Shown here: positions 1 through 11,211 of the stretch, piece after piece
Numbering within the stretch: the first letter of the stretch is position 1
Layout of the letters: each line of letters begins with the position of its first letter
DNA from: Myxococcota bacterium
GTDB taxonomy: Bacteria > Myxococcota_A > Polyangia > Nannocystales > Nannocystaceae
Direction: 5' to 3'
DNA: 64,000 nt
Assembly (NCBI GenBank): GCA_039028615.1
Contig: JBCCHT010000047.1
Coordinates: forward strand, 30,891 to 94,890
Program-made: the position numbers and the translations under genes
The notes under the pieces: generated by a model
The model's database searches: none
What the model was told of the DNA's origin: nothing
Seen by the model: the letters and a program-made list of their open reading frames with translations, nothing else

Positions 1-189
1 CTCGAGGAAATGGGAATGGTTGCGGAGGGGGTCAAGAACACCAAGTCGGCGTATCGGCTGGCCGCCCAAAAGGGGGTCGAGATGCCACTCGTGGCCACCA
101 TGTACGCGATCCTGTACGAGGATATGGCCGTTCGCGAGGCGGTGGCCGGCCTGATGGGCCGGGCGCTCAAGGCCGAGCGCGAATGGTGA
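1..189 (+). CDS. gpsA: NAD(P)H-dependent glycerol-3-phosphate dehydrogenase, C-terminal fragment (cut by window edge)
   Basis: Frame 1 reads LEEMGMVAEGVKNTKSAYRLAAQKGVEMPLVATMYAILYED...LMGRALKAEREW*, the typical GpsA C-terminus (VAEG..T, VEMP, LM.R..K.E). Confidence 0.85.
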   Translation, partial: LEEMGMVAEGVKNTKSAYRLAAQKGVEMPLVATMYAILYEDMAVREAVAGLMGRALKAEREW

Positions 190-249
190 GCTTCGGGTCC
201 ATGCCGGCCCTTGGCTCCAATTTTGATATCCGCTAGGCTACGGCCGACC

Positions 250-1833
250 TTGAGCAACATCGAGCCCACGCCCTTTGGGGACAAGTATGTGCTGGTCGAG
301 CACATCGCGACCGGCGGGATGGCCGAAATCTATCGAGCCCAGTACGCGGGTATCGAAGGCTTCGCCAAGGAACTGGTCGTCAAGACACTGCGCGAGGAGT
401 TCGCCGCGCGACCCGACGTCGTGGGCATGTTCCTCGACGAGGCGCGCGTCGCCGCCACGCTGACCCACAACAACGTCGTCCACACGTACGACCTGGGTGA
501 GATCGGCGGCGAGTACTTCATCGCGATGGAGCTGCTCAAGGGCGAGGAGCTCGTCCAGGTCTTGCGGACCTCGATGCAGGTCGGCCGACCGATTCCTCTC
601 GAGATCGGAATCGGCATCATCATGCAGGCCTGCGAGGGTCTGCACTACGTGCACAGCTGGACCGACGAATCCGGCGCGCCGCTCGGCCTGGTCCACCGCG
701 ACATCAACCCCACCAACATCCACGTCGGCTACGACGGGACGTGCAAGGTGCTCGACTTCGGCATCGCGGCCACGCGGGCCTCGGCCGTCGCCAAGAAGGG
801 GCAGGTCGCGGGCAAGCTGGCCTACATGGCGCCCGAGCAGCTGCAGGGCGCGGCCATCGATCACCGCGCCGACATCTTCGCGCTGGGCGTCGTGCTCTAC
901 GAGATGTGCCTCGGTCGTCGACTCTTCCGCGGCCGTCGTGAAGACGTCGCCCGTCGCGTGCTCGAGGGCGACATCCCGCCGCCCACGTTCGTGGACCCGC
1001 AGTTCCCCCCCACGCTCGAAGCGATCATCATGAAGTCGCTCGAGGTCGATCCGGGCGAGCGTTACCACAACTGCGATCACCTGTTCCGCGACCTCGAAGC
1101 CTTCCTCCAAGAAGAGGGTCAGGCGGCGAGCCCCCGCAAGGTCTCGGCCATGATGGTCGAGCTGTTCGGCGAGGGCGCTCCGGCCAAGGTCAACTACGAC
1201 GATCAGTACGACGACCTCGAAGACGAAGCCCTCGACTTCGACGCCTTCGAGCGCATCGACGATTCCAACGCCGACGACGACGACGAGCCGCCCGACTGGG
1301 CGAAGGATCTCGGCGGCGGCGGAGCCGAAGCCAACGCGCCCTCGGCCAAGCGCCGCGCGATGACCATCGGCAACATCGAGGCCCTGGTGGCGCAGGGCGG
1401 ACTCGACGAGACGGGGCCCAACCTGGCCGTCGGCGGCGGGAACCAGGCGCCGGTCCAACGGCCCAAGCGCAGCGCGCCCGCGACGTCGGGCAAGCACCGC
1501 ATCGTGCCCGTCGGCGAAGCCGAGCTCGCCCAGAAGACCCGCGGTGGTCGAACCGGGAGTTCCCGTCAGCGCACGCCCTCGAGCCCGCAGGCGGCCCTGC
1601 GTCGCGGTCGCATGACCGGTCGGCACTCGGCCCCGGGCACCGGGCGACAAGCCACCCTGAACACCACCGGGCCCTTGGCTACGGTCGCGTCGGATGCTGC
1701 CTCGGGCCGGACCTTCGGCCACGCGGTGGTCACCCAGCAAAAGAAGGGCACCTCCGCGTGGGTGTGGCTCCTTGCGCTCGCGGCCATCGCTGGGCTCGGC
1801 TACTTCGCGTACAACCTGTTTACCTCGAAGTGA
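250..1833 (+). CDS. Membrane-anchored Hanks-type Ser/Thr protein kinase
   Basis: GGMAEIY, VVK, HRDINPTN, DFG, YMAPEQ motifs; acidic/low-complexity linker; C-terminal TM helix. Start TTG 250 estimated (ORF open from 211). Confidence 0.92.
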   Translation: MSNIEPTPFGDKYVLVEHIATGGMAEIYRAQYAGIEGFAKELVVKTLREEFAARPDVVGMFLDEARVAATLTHNNVVHTYDLGEIGGEYFIAMELLKGEELVQVLRTSMQVGRPIPLEIGIGIIMQACEGLHYVHSWTDESGAPLGLVHRDINPTNIHVGYDGTCKVLDFGIAATRASAVAKKGQVAGKLAYMAPEQLQGAAIDHRADIFALGVVLYEMCLGRRLFRGRREDVARRVLEGDIPPPTFVDPQFPPTLEAIIMKSLEVDPGERYHNCDHLFRDLEAFLQEEGQAASPRKVSAMMVELFGEGAPAKVNYDDQYDDLEDEALDFDAFERIDDSNADDDDEPPDWAKDLGGGGAEANAPSAKRRAMTIGNIEALVAQGGLDETGPNLAVGGGNQAPVQRPKRSAPATSGKHRIVPVGEAELAQKTRGGRTGSSRQRTPSSPQAALRRGRMTGRHSAPGTGRQATLNTTGPLATVASDAASGRTFGHAVVTQQKKGTSAWVWLLALAAIAGLGYFAYNLFTSK

Positions 1834-1850
1834 TCGGCGACTCTCTCTCG

Positions 1851-2555
1851 ATGGCGAACAACGGCAACGGGCTACCCACCTGGAACAAGTTCGCCGCCTT
1901 TGAGGTGTTCGGCGACTACTCCCCCACGCCCGGGTTTCGGGTGATGGTGCGGATCGGGGCTGAGCCCGACCGCCTGCGCGCACTGCTCGAGAAGCGAGCG
2001 CCCAGCAGCGAGGTGCTCGATCCCGACTTGGCGCGGGCGCACCTGCGCGCCGGCCTCGGCTTGCTCCGCAGCGGTCTCGTTCGCTTTGCCTACGCGACCA
2101 CCGAGGAGGTCGTCGTGATGCTCACCGACGACGCGGTGAAGCAGGGCGGGGCCTCGGTCGAAGTGCAGAGCCGGCTGGTCTCCGACTACTCGTCGGCGCT
2201 GTCGCTGTTGCTCGGGCAGCAGGTCTGCGCCAGCGCGTGCATCTACGAGCTGCCCGACGTCTCGGTGGCCCGGCGGGGGCTGGTGGCCTTGGCCGAGGAC
2301 GTCGAAGAAAATACGCCGCGGCGCAGCGCGATGTGGCTGGGAGCGCAGCTCCAAGGTCGCGGCCAGCCCTTCCACCCCTCGATGGTGGAGACGCTCGAAG
2401 AGCAGAGCCACTTGCTGCAGAGCAACGGCATCGACATGGACGCCCTGCCCGCATGGTGGTGGCGCGGCATGGCGGCGGTGAGCAACGGCAGCGGCGTCGA
2501 CGTGTACGACGAGCTGCCGTCGGGCGATGAGCTCGGCCGGCTCGTCAGCGAATGA
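1851..2555 (+). CDS. Thg1-like (tRNA-His guanylyltransferase fold) protein with degenerate active site
   Basis: FEVFGDYSPTPGFRVMVR, AYATTEEV, LLQSNGIDMDALPAWWWRG and VYDELPSGDE align by eye with bacterial Thg1-like proteins; overlaps hemW start (ATGA). Confidence 0.65.
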   Translation: MANNGNGLPTWNKFAAFEVFGDYSPTPGFRVMVRIGAEPDRLRALLEKRAPSSEVLDPDLARAHLRAGLGLLRSGLVRFAYATTEEVVVMLTDDAVKQGGASVEVQSRLVSDYSSALSLLLGQQVCASACIYELPDVSVARRGLVALAEDVEENTPRRSAMWLGAQLQGRGQPFHPSMVETLEEQSHLLQSNGIDMDALPAWWWRGMAAVSNGSGVDVYDELPSGDELGRLVSE

Positions 2556-3691
2556 GCGCGCCCGGGCTCTACGTCCACGTGCCGTTTTGCGCGCGTGCCT
2601 GCCCGTACTGCGACTTCGATTTCCAGGTCGGACGCACCCCGCCCGTGGCCGAGTTCTTGGCTGCGCTCGAGCGTGAGTGTCGGCTCCGCGAGGTCGAGCC
2701 CGGGCTCGGCCTCCGCACCGTGTATATCGGCGGGGGCACGCCCAGCATGCTGGGCCCCGAGGGCATGCGGCAGCTGCTGCGGTGGATCGGGGAGCGCTTC
2801 GATCTTCGCGAGGTCGTGGAGCGGACGGTCGAGCTCAACCCCGAGCACATCGACGAAGCCCTGCTCGATGCGCTGCGAGAGCAGGGGGTCGACCGCGTGT
2901 CGCTGGGGGTGCAGTCCCTGGGGACGGATGCGCTGGCCGAGCTCGGTCGGGTGCATCGGGCGGAGCAAGCTCGGCGCGCGTTGGTGTCGTGTGTCGAGCA
3001 CGGGCTGCGGGTCTCCGCCGACCTCATCGTGGGATGGCCGGGGCAGACGCGGGCTCAGCTACTCGCCGACTTGGCTGGAGTCTTGGAGACCGGGATCGAT
3101 CACCTCTCGATCTATGCGCTGACCGTCGAGCCAGGTACGCCGTGGGAGCGACTCGCGGCGCGGGGCCGACGCGGGGTCCCGGATGCCGACGCCCAAGCGG
3201 ATCGACTGAGCGAAGCCGCGCAGTTTCTCGGCGAGGCGGGCTTCGAGCACTACGAAGTCGCGAGCTACTGTCGACCGGGCGCGCGGGCGCAGCACAACCA
3301 CGGCTACTGGACCTGGCGCGACTATCTCGGTCTCGGGCCGTCGGCGGCCTCGGCTCGCCATTGCGCCGACGGTTCGGTGCATCGGCGCACGAATCGGCGC
3401 GGGTTCGGGGCCTGGGCGGCGGCACCGAACGACGAGACCAGCGAAGAACGGCTGGAGCCGGGCGAAGCGGCGGTCGAGGGGCTGTGGGTCGGGTTGCGCG
3501 CGCTCGACGGCTTCGAGGTCGCCGCCTGGCGGGCGCGCTTTCCCGTGTACGACGAACCCTGGCTCCGGGCCGCGGTCGCGCGTCAGCTCGCCAAGGGCAA
3601 CCTCGACTGGACGAACGGGGTAATACGCGTCGCAGAGGGCCGGTGGCTGTGGCATGACGAGATCGGCGCAGATCTCCTGACCGCGGGCTAA
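2552..3691 (+). CDS. hemW: Radical SAM heme chaperone HemW (HemN-like)
   Basis: LYVHVPFCARACPYCDF, GGGTPS, RVSLGVQS, HYEVASY, HNHGYW, YLGLGPSA; classical position upstream of hrcA. Confidence 0.9.
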   Translation: MSAPGLYVHVPFCARACPYCDFDFQVGRTPPVAEFLAALERECRLREVEPGLGLRTVYIGGGTPSMLGPEGMRQLLRWIGERFDLREVVERTVELNPEHIDEALLDALREQGVDRVSLGVQSLGTDALAELGRVHRAEQARRALVSCVEHGLRVSADLIVGWPGQTRAQLLADLAGVLETGIDHLSIYALTVEPGTPWERLAARGRRGVPDADAQADRLSEAAQFLGEAGFEHYEVASYCRPGARAQHNHGYWTWRDYLGLGPSAASARHCADGSVHRRTNRRGFGAWAAAPNDETSEERLEPGEAAVEGLWVGLRALDGFEVAAWRARFPVYDEPWLRAAVARQLAKGNLDWTNGVIRVAEGRWLWHDEIGADLLTAG

Positions 3692-3720
3692 AAGCGCGGC
3701 TAAAGCGCGCTCTGTGTTTG

Positions 3721-3747
3721 CGTGCACTCGCCTCGCCCGAGGGTTAG
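3721..3747 (+). promoter_or_regulatory. Degenerate CIRCE operator (HrcA site)
   Basis: CGTGCACTC-N9-GAGGGTTAG versus consensus TTAGCACTC-N9-GAGTGCTAA (6/9 in each arm, exact 9-nt spacer), 12 nt upstream of hrcA. Confidence 0.7.
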
Positions 3748-3759
3748 ATTCTCCGGGCG

Positions 3760-4872
3760 ATGGACGAGGCGGCCCACGAGGAGCGCGTGTCGCTCAGCGA
3801 GCGACAGCAGCAAATCCTGCGCGCCGTGTGTCGTGACTTCATCGTCTCCGGAGACGAGTCGGGCTCGGCCGCGTTGGCTCGCCGTCACGGCTTCCGTTGG
3901 TCGTCGGCCACCTTGCGCCAGGAGTTGGCCGCGCTCGAGCGGCACGGCTTGCTGCGTCGACCCCATCGCTCCGCCGGGTGCTCACCCACCAAGGCGGGCC
4001 TGCGGCACTACGTCGAGTCGCTGCCCACCGGGGCCTCGCCCGAGCCCACCATCGTGTGCGCCGTCGACCGCAGCCTCGAGCACCTGCGGGACGATCCGGG
4101 TCGAGGCATGCGAACGGCGGTGTGTGTGCTCAGCGAGGTGTTCGGATGCCTGGCCGTCTCGTACCTGGGCACGGCGCAGGCCGGTCGCATGGAGCAGGTC
4201 GACGTCGTGCCGCTGGTCGGTCCACGGGCGCTGGTGGTGCTGACCCTCGAGGGTGGTGCCTCCCAGGTTCAACCCGTCGACCTGGACCTCCCCGAAGGGG
4301 CGGACACGGGGTCCGAGTTGGGCCGCCTCCAGCACCGACTGCGATCGTTATGCGTCGGTCGAACCTTGCCCGATGCCCGCGATGCGCTGCTCGAGCGACT
4401 CGGCGAGCGAGAGGCTCAAGCCGATCGGTTGCTCGCCCGCATGTTGCAAGTCGTCGTGACCTTGTGCGGCGTGAGTCCCCTCGATCCGTTGTGGATGCAG
4501 ATCGCCGGTCAGCCTTCGCTGGCCCGGGGCGTGGCCGATGCCGATCGCCTGGGCGACGTCCTGACCCTGCTCGAAGACGACCAACGCTTGGCCGAGGTGC
4601 TCGACCAGCTGCTGCCCGCGTCGGCCGACGGCCGCCCGCGGGCCCAAGTTCACGTGGGGATGCCCGGGTTGCTCGAAGGGGCCGCCGCCGGCACGAGCGA
4701 AGCCGTGACGAGCCCCGGTCTGAGCCTCGTGGGCTGCCGGGTGCCGATGGCGGGGGGAGGCCCCGATCGAGGTGCGGTTGCGTTACTGGGCTCGGCCCGG
4801 ATGGATTACGCCACCGTGATTCCTCTGATAGAGTACGCCGCCCGAGCGCTTGCGGCGCAAATGTGCGCCTGA
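3760..4872 (+). CDS. hrcA: Heat-inducible transcription repressor HrcA
   Basis: LSERQQQIL, SSATLRQELAALE, PHRSAGCSPTKAGLRHYV, C-terminal LLGSARMDY; precedes grpE-dnaK-dnaJ. Confidence 0.9.
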   Translation: MDEAAHEERVSLSERQQQILRAVCRDFIVSGDESGSAALARRHGFRWSSATLRQELAALERHGLLRRPHRSAGCSPTKAGLRHYVESLPTGASPEPTIVCAVDRSLEHLRDDPGRGMRTAVCVLSEVFGCLAVSYLGTAQAGRMEQVDVVPLVGPRALVVLTLEGGASQVQPVDLDLPEGADTGSELGRLQHRLRSLCVGRTLPDARDALLERLGEREAQADRLLARMLQVVVTLCGVSPLDPLWMQIAGQPSLARGVADADRLGDVLTLLEDDQRLAEVLDQLLPASADGRPRAQVHVGMPGLLEGAAAGTSEAVTSPGLSLVGCRVPMAGGGPDRGAVALLGSARMDYATVIPLIEYAARALAAQMCA

Positions 4873-4946
4873 GTCCACTCGAAAGGCCTTTCGGCCGTTC
4901 GGACCGGGCGCCCCGACCCCGGCCACGCGGCGAGAACGGACACAGC

Positions 4947-5633
4947 ATGAGCGGTAACAAGGACCAGCCCGCGACGGGCACCGAGGATGAGATGAGCGCG
5001 GAGATTGAGCGAACGATGGCCGAAGCCGAAGCAGCCGTGACCTCCATCGGTGACGAAGTCGAGCAGAGCACCGACGCCGCCGTCGAGCCCGAAATCGTCG
5101 AGGACGACGACGAAGAGACCATCGACTTCGATGCGGAGCTCGCCGAGAAGGACGCGGAGATCGCCAAGCTCAAGGACAAGTGGCTGCGAGCGGTCGCCGA
5201 CCACGAGAACTACAAGAAGCGGGTCAAGCGGGACATCGACGACGCCACCGCGCGCGCGACCCAGAGCCTGCTGACCGGCTTTCTGCCCACGGTCGACAAC
5301 CTCGAGCGCGCGCTCGAGATCGCCGAGCCCGCGGTCAAGCAGGCCAGCGACGACAACGTCGGCAACGTCGAACAGGTGGTCAAAGGCCTGCGGATGGTTC
5401 GCGACGAGTTCCTCGCCAACCTCAAGAAGAACGACATCGAGCCCGTGCCGGCGGTGGGCGTGGCCTTCGACCCCGCCATCCACGACGCGCTCCAGCAGAT
5501 CGACTCCCCGGACCACGCGCCGGGCGTGGTCATCCGCGAGTTCGAAAAGGGCTTCAAACGAGGCACCCGACTGCTCCGACCGGCCCGAGTGATCGTGGCT
5601 GGCGCGGGCTCGGGAGGCAGCACGGAGTCCTGA
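4947..5633 (+). CDS. grpE: Nucleotide exchange factor GrpE
   Basis: LRAVADHENYKKR, LPTVDNLERAL, FDPAIHDAL, KGFKRGTRLLRPARVIV. Confidence 0.95.
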   Translation: MSGNKDQPATGTEDEMSAEIERTMAEAEAAVTSIGDEVEQSTDAAVEPEIVEDDDEETIDFDAELAEKDAEIAKLKDKWLRAVADHENYKKRVKRDIDDATARATQSLLTGFLPTVDNLERALEIAEPAVKQASDDNVGNVEQVVKGLRMVRDEFLANLKKNDIEPVPAVGVAFDPAIHDALQQIDSPDHAPGVVIREFEKGFKRGTRLLRPARVIVAGAGSGGSTES

Positions 5634-5636
5634 GTC

Positions 5637-7472
<1,836 letters not shown>

Positions 7473-7475
7473 CCC

Positions 7476-8570
7476 ATGGCGACGCACGACTACTACGCGA
7501 CGCTGGGGGTCGACAGGCGGGCCGGCCCCGACGAGATCAAAAAGGCGTTTCGTCGGCTGACCCGCGAGTGGCACCCCGATCGCCACCCCGACGACCCCGA
7601 GGTCGCGCTCCGCTATCGCCGGATCAACGAGGCCTACAACACGCTCAGCGACTCGAGCCTGCGCTCGCGCTACGACATGAGCCAGCGCCTCGAAGGCATC
7701 GAGCTGCGCAAGGGCTTCGACGGTCGCTCCGCCCGGGACCTGCTGGGCAACGTGTTCGGCGACGTGTTCGGCACCAAGCGGGAGAAGCGACGGCGCGGGC
7801 GAGACCTCCGCTACACGCTGACCATCCCCTTCGAGGACGCGATCAACGGGTGCTTGCGCGACATCGAGTTCGAAGCGCCCGGGCCGTGCGCCACGTGCAG
7901 AGGGAGCGGCACCGCACCGGGCGGGCGCAAGCCCGAGACCTGCACGGTGTGCGGCGGCAAGGGAGAGGTCAAGGGCGAGGGCTTGTTGTCCCGGCGCTCG
8001 ACCTGCGGTCGCTGCAGCGGCATGGGGCTCATCCAGCTCGATCCCTGTGACGAGTGCAAGGGCAAGGGCACCCGACGACAGACCCGAGCATTCGCGGTGA
8101 AGGTGCCGCCCGCCACCGAGGCCGGCTCCGAGCGCGTGATCGAAGGGGAGGGGGAGCCCGGTCGCTTTCACGGTGACGCCGGGGATCTGCGCGTGACGGT
8201 CAACATCGAGCCGCACCCCTGGCTGCGTCGCAAGGGCGACGAGATTCACTGCGACGTGCCGCTGTCGATCTTCGAGGCGGCCAAGGGCGCCAAGGTTCCC
8301 GTGCCCACCGTCGATGGTCTGGTCGAGGTCGACGTGCCGCCCGGGGTACGCAGCGGTACGCGGCTGCGCCTGCGGGGCAAGGGCGTGCCGAGCCGCGGAA
8401 AGAAACGCGGGGACCAGTTCGTGGTGGTCGTGGTGGAGACGCCCGTGACCTCGGGCTTCGCCGAGGTCGACGAGGCGCTCGAGCGACTCGAGGCGGCCTG
8501 CGTGCGCTCGCCCAGCTCGTTGCCGCTCCGCATGGCCCAGCGCGAGGCGCTGGACGAAGACGCGAGCTGA
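7476..8570 (+). CDS. dnaJ: DnaJ co-chaperone
   Basis: J domain with HPD; four CxxCxGxG zinc-finger repeats; C-terminal RLRGKG. Confidence 0.93.
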   Translation: MATHDYYATLGVDRRAGPDEIKKAFRRLTREWHPDRHPDDPEVALRYRRINEAYNTLSDSSLRSRYDMSQRLEGIELRKGFDGRSARDLLGNVFGDVFGTKREKRRRGRDLRYTLTIPFEDAINGCLRDIEFEAPGPCATCRGSGTAPGGRKPETCTVCGGKGEVKGEGLLSRRSTCGRCSGMGLIQLDPCDECKGKGTRRQTRAFAVKVPPATEAGSERVIEGEGEPGRFHGDAGDLRVTVNIEPHPWLRRKGDEIHCDVPLSIFEAAKGAKVPVPTVDGLVEVDVPPGVRSGTRLRLRGKGVPSRGKKRGDQFVVVVVETPVTSGFAEVDEALERLEAACVRSPSSLPLRMAQREALDEDAS

Positions 8571-8784
8571 CGACGCTCCGTTTTGCCGACCGTGCCCCGC
8601 TCGCCCGGTGAATTCGGGCCGGGCCGCGCTCGAGGTAGGAGCGTCTCCCCCATCGAATTCGGGCTCTGAACGGCGAACAGAGCCCGTGTCCGGTTTCGCG
8701 CGTCTGCTCCGTCACTCGATCGGCCTCGAGGCGGGTCGTCAGCGCCGCAGCCTGGTACGATCAGGTCGCGGGGTCGACGCAAGC

Positions 8785-9459
8785 ATGGTTTTCATCGACA
8801 TGCCCCGGAAGGAGGTCACGCTCAAGCTCGTTTATTACGGGCCGGCCCTGAGCGGTAAGACCACCAACCTCCAGCAACTGCATCGTCGAATGCAGGGGCA
8901 TACCGATGGCGAGCTCGTCACGCTCAACACGAAGGACGACCGCACGTTGTTCTTCGATCTGTTGCCGCTGCGGCTGTCGGTGAGGGGAGGGCTGTCGATC
9001 CGGGTCAAACTGTTCACCGTGCCCGGTCAGGTCATCCACAACGCGACACGAAAGATCGTGCTGCAAGGAGCCGACGGCGTGGCGTTCATTGCCGACTCGA
9101 GGATCCGACAAACGCGAGCCAACAACGAGAGCTTCGCCAACCTCCGCGCCAACCTCCGCGACAACGGCATCGCGATGAGTGAGATCGGCACGGTCATCCA
9201 GCTCAACAAGCGGGACCTGCCCGGCATCCGCAGCGACGAAGAGGTGCGGAAGATCCAGGCCAAGGGAAGCGAGCCGGTCTACACCGCCATCGCGCTCAAG
9301 GGCGAAGGCGTGGCGCAGACCTTCCTGGGTCTCGCGTCGTCGTCGTGGCGGAAGCTCGAGCGGCGCTACGGGTTCCAGTCCAGCTTCGGCGTCACCCACG
9401 ACGAGATCATGGAGCAGATCGCCGGCGTGCTCGGGGAGAACGACACCGCATGGCGCTGA
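8785..9459 (+). CDS. MglA-family small GTPase, SofG-like, no adjacent mglB
   Basis: KLVYYGPALSGKTTNL, DRTLFFDLLP, TVPGQV, GADGVAFIADS, NKRD. Confidence 0.88.
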   Translation: MVFIDMPRKEVTLKLVYYGPALSGKTTNLQQLHRRMQGHTDGELVTLNTKDDRTLFFDLLPLRLSVRGGLSIRVKLFTVPGQVIHNATRKIVLQGADGVAFIADSRIRQTRANNESFANLRANLRDNGIAMSEIGTVIQLNKRDLPGIRSDEEVRKIQAKGSEPVYTAIALKGEGVAQTFLGLASSSWRKLERRYGFQSSFGVTHDEIMEQIAGVLGENDTAWR

Positions 9460-10730
9460 CCGAAGCGATGATGGCCAGCCCCGTCGATCGCAAGCCGACG
9501 CTCGCGGAGCTGGTGCACGCCAACGACATCGAGCGCTGCCTCAGCCCCTTCGTCGCGGGGACCATCGAAGGGGTGGGGCTCTTCGCCGACGACGGTCCCG
9601 CCTTTGCGATCGCCAGTCGCCCCGGTGGCACGCTGACGCGCTGGGAGACCTTGCCCCCCGAGGCCATCGATGCCCTGCGGCGCGGTGGCGATCGGGCCTT
9701 CGGCGTCGACGTCCTGCGGATCGAGGTTCGGCCGCTCTTCGCCGGAGCGGACCGGGTCGGCGTGCTGGTCGTGGCCCGGCGTGCGGGCGGAGGAGCCGGC
9801 CTCGACGGTCGCATCGCCGACGCGGTGACCGGCGTGGTGGGGCAGCTGCTGCAGGCCTCGTTTGCCGCCTGGGTGACCTCTCAGCTGCACCTGGCGGCCA
9901 GCGAGCGCTCCCACGAGGCGCTGACCAATCAAAACGCCGAGCTGCAGCGGGCCGTCGAGCACCTGCGCTACCTCGACAAGCTCAAGAGCAACTTCTTGGC
10001 CACCGTCTCGCACGAACTCCGCACGCCGCTGACCTCGGTGATCGGGTTCTCCGAGATGTTGCTCGAGGGCGTGGCCGGAGATCTTCAGGCGGAGCAGCGC
10101 GAGTACGTCGAGACGATCTTGGGGCGCGGCGAAGAGTTGTTGCGACTCATCACTCAGCTGCTCGAGATGTCTCAGCTCGAGGGGGGATCGGTCCGACTCG
10201 ATCTCCAGGCGCACCCGGTCGACGAGCTCATCGCGAAGGCGGCCGACACGGTGCGGCTGTCCGCCGAGAAGGCGGGCCTGACGATGCACATCGCACCGGC
10301 CTCGGTGCCGCCCGTCGTGGCCGACGCCGACAAGATCCAACAGGTGCTGCTGAATCTGATGGGCAACGCGGTGAAGTTCTCCCGCACGGGCGGCCAGATC
10401 ACCGTAGAAGCGTGCCTAGCCCCCATTCGGCGGCCATTCCAAGAAGAGACCCTCTTCGGCGAAGAAGACCCCGACGCGGTGCGGATCAGCGTCCGCGACA
10501 CCGGGATCGGCATCGATCCCGAGCAGCTCGGCCGGGTCTTCGAGGCCTTCTATCAGACCGACGCCGGCCCGACTCGGGCCCACGGCGGCGCGGGCTTGGG
10601 CTTGTCGATCGTTCGCAACCTCGTCGTCGCGCACGGAGGCGAGGTCTGGGTGGACAGCGAACTCGACGTGGGCACGGTGGTGCACTTCACCTTGCCCATG
10701 GCTTCGGTGGCCGCCGAGATCGCTGGTTGA
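9450..10730 (+). CDS. Cytoplasmic sensor histidine kinase (HisKA/HATPase)
   Basis: FLATVSHELRTPL, NLMGNAVKF, DTGIGI, GGAGLGLSI; no TM segment seen; overlaps GTPase stop. Confidence 0.93.
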   Translation: MALTEAMMASPVDRKPTLAELVHANDIERCLSPFVAGTIEGVGLFADDGPAFAIASRPGGTLTRWETLPPEAIDALRRGGDRAFGVDVLRIEVRPLFAGADRVGVLVVARRAGGGAGLDGRIADAVTGVVGQLLQASFAAWVTSQLHLAASERSHEALTNQNAELQRAVEHLRYLDKLKSNFLATVSHELRTPLTSVIGFSEMLLEGVAGDLQAEQREYVETILGRGEELLRLITQLLEMSQLEGGSVRLDLQAHPVDELIAKAADTVRLSAEKAGLTMHIAPASVPPVVADADKIQQVLLNLMGNAVKFSRTGGQITVEACLAPIRRPFQEETLFGEEDPDAVRISVRDTGIGIDPEQLGRVFEAFYQTDAGPTRAHGGAGLGLSIVRNLVVAHGGEVWVDSELDVGTVVHFTLPMASVAAEIAG

Positions 10731-10874
10731 TCTCTCGAGTTCGATCTCCCGCGCGCCTGGATCGGCTCGAAAAACCGGAGATCGGCCGCGACTTTGTCGG
10801 GCGCTCGCCCTGGCTCTTTGCGGATCCATGCGGCAAGCTTCGCGCGTTGCCTGAGTGAAAGGCGACCCGAGATC

Positions 10875-11147
10875 ATGAAGTTGCCGCAACAAGTCGAGGC
10901 GCTCGAGCGCCTTGCCGAGTCGATGTCCGTACGCGTCAGCTACGAGCCCATGGCCGGTTTGGTCCAACGCACGGGCGGGCTGTGCCGGCTCCGTGGCGAG
11001 TACCGGATCATCATCGACCGCCGGCTCAAGCCGCCGGAGCGGCTCCAGATTTTGGTGGAAGCGCTGAACCGACTCGACCCCACGGGCTACGAGATCGATC
11101 CCGGGATTCAGCACCACTTCCCGGTTCAGGCCCAGGCCACGGGCTGA
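10875..11147 (+). CDS. Small hypothetical protein (GGLCRLRG motif)
   Basis: 90-aa ORF with natural composition, MKLPQQVEALERLAESMSVRVSYE...GGLCRLRGEYRIIIDRRL. Confidence 0.7.
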   Translation: MKLPQQVEALERLAESMSVRVSYEPMAGLVQRTGGLCRLRGEYRIIIDRRLKPPERLQILVEALNRLDPTGYEIDPGIQHHFPVQAQATG

Positions 11148-11211
11148 GCTCGGCAACGGGGGGCCTGCTCGTCCGTGCACCCTGTGCGGGTGAACCGGGC
11201 CGAGACCGGGC

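Noticed and set aside
2552..3691. Radical SAM enzyme as part of a RiPP cluster
   Set aside because: Motifs and position before hrcA fit housekeeping HemW; no precursor peptide or SPASM domain seen.
3897..4946. N-terminal extension of GrpE
   Set aside because: Off-frame overlap with hrcA; GrpE starts at 4947 after a GGA.
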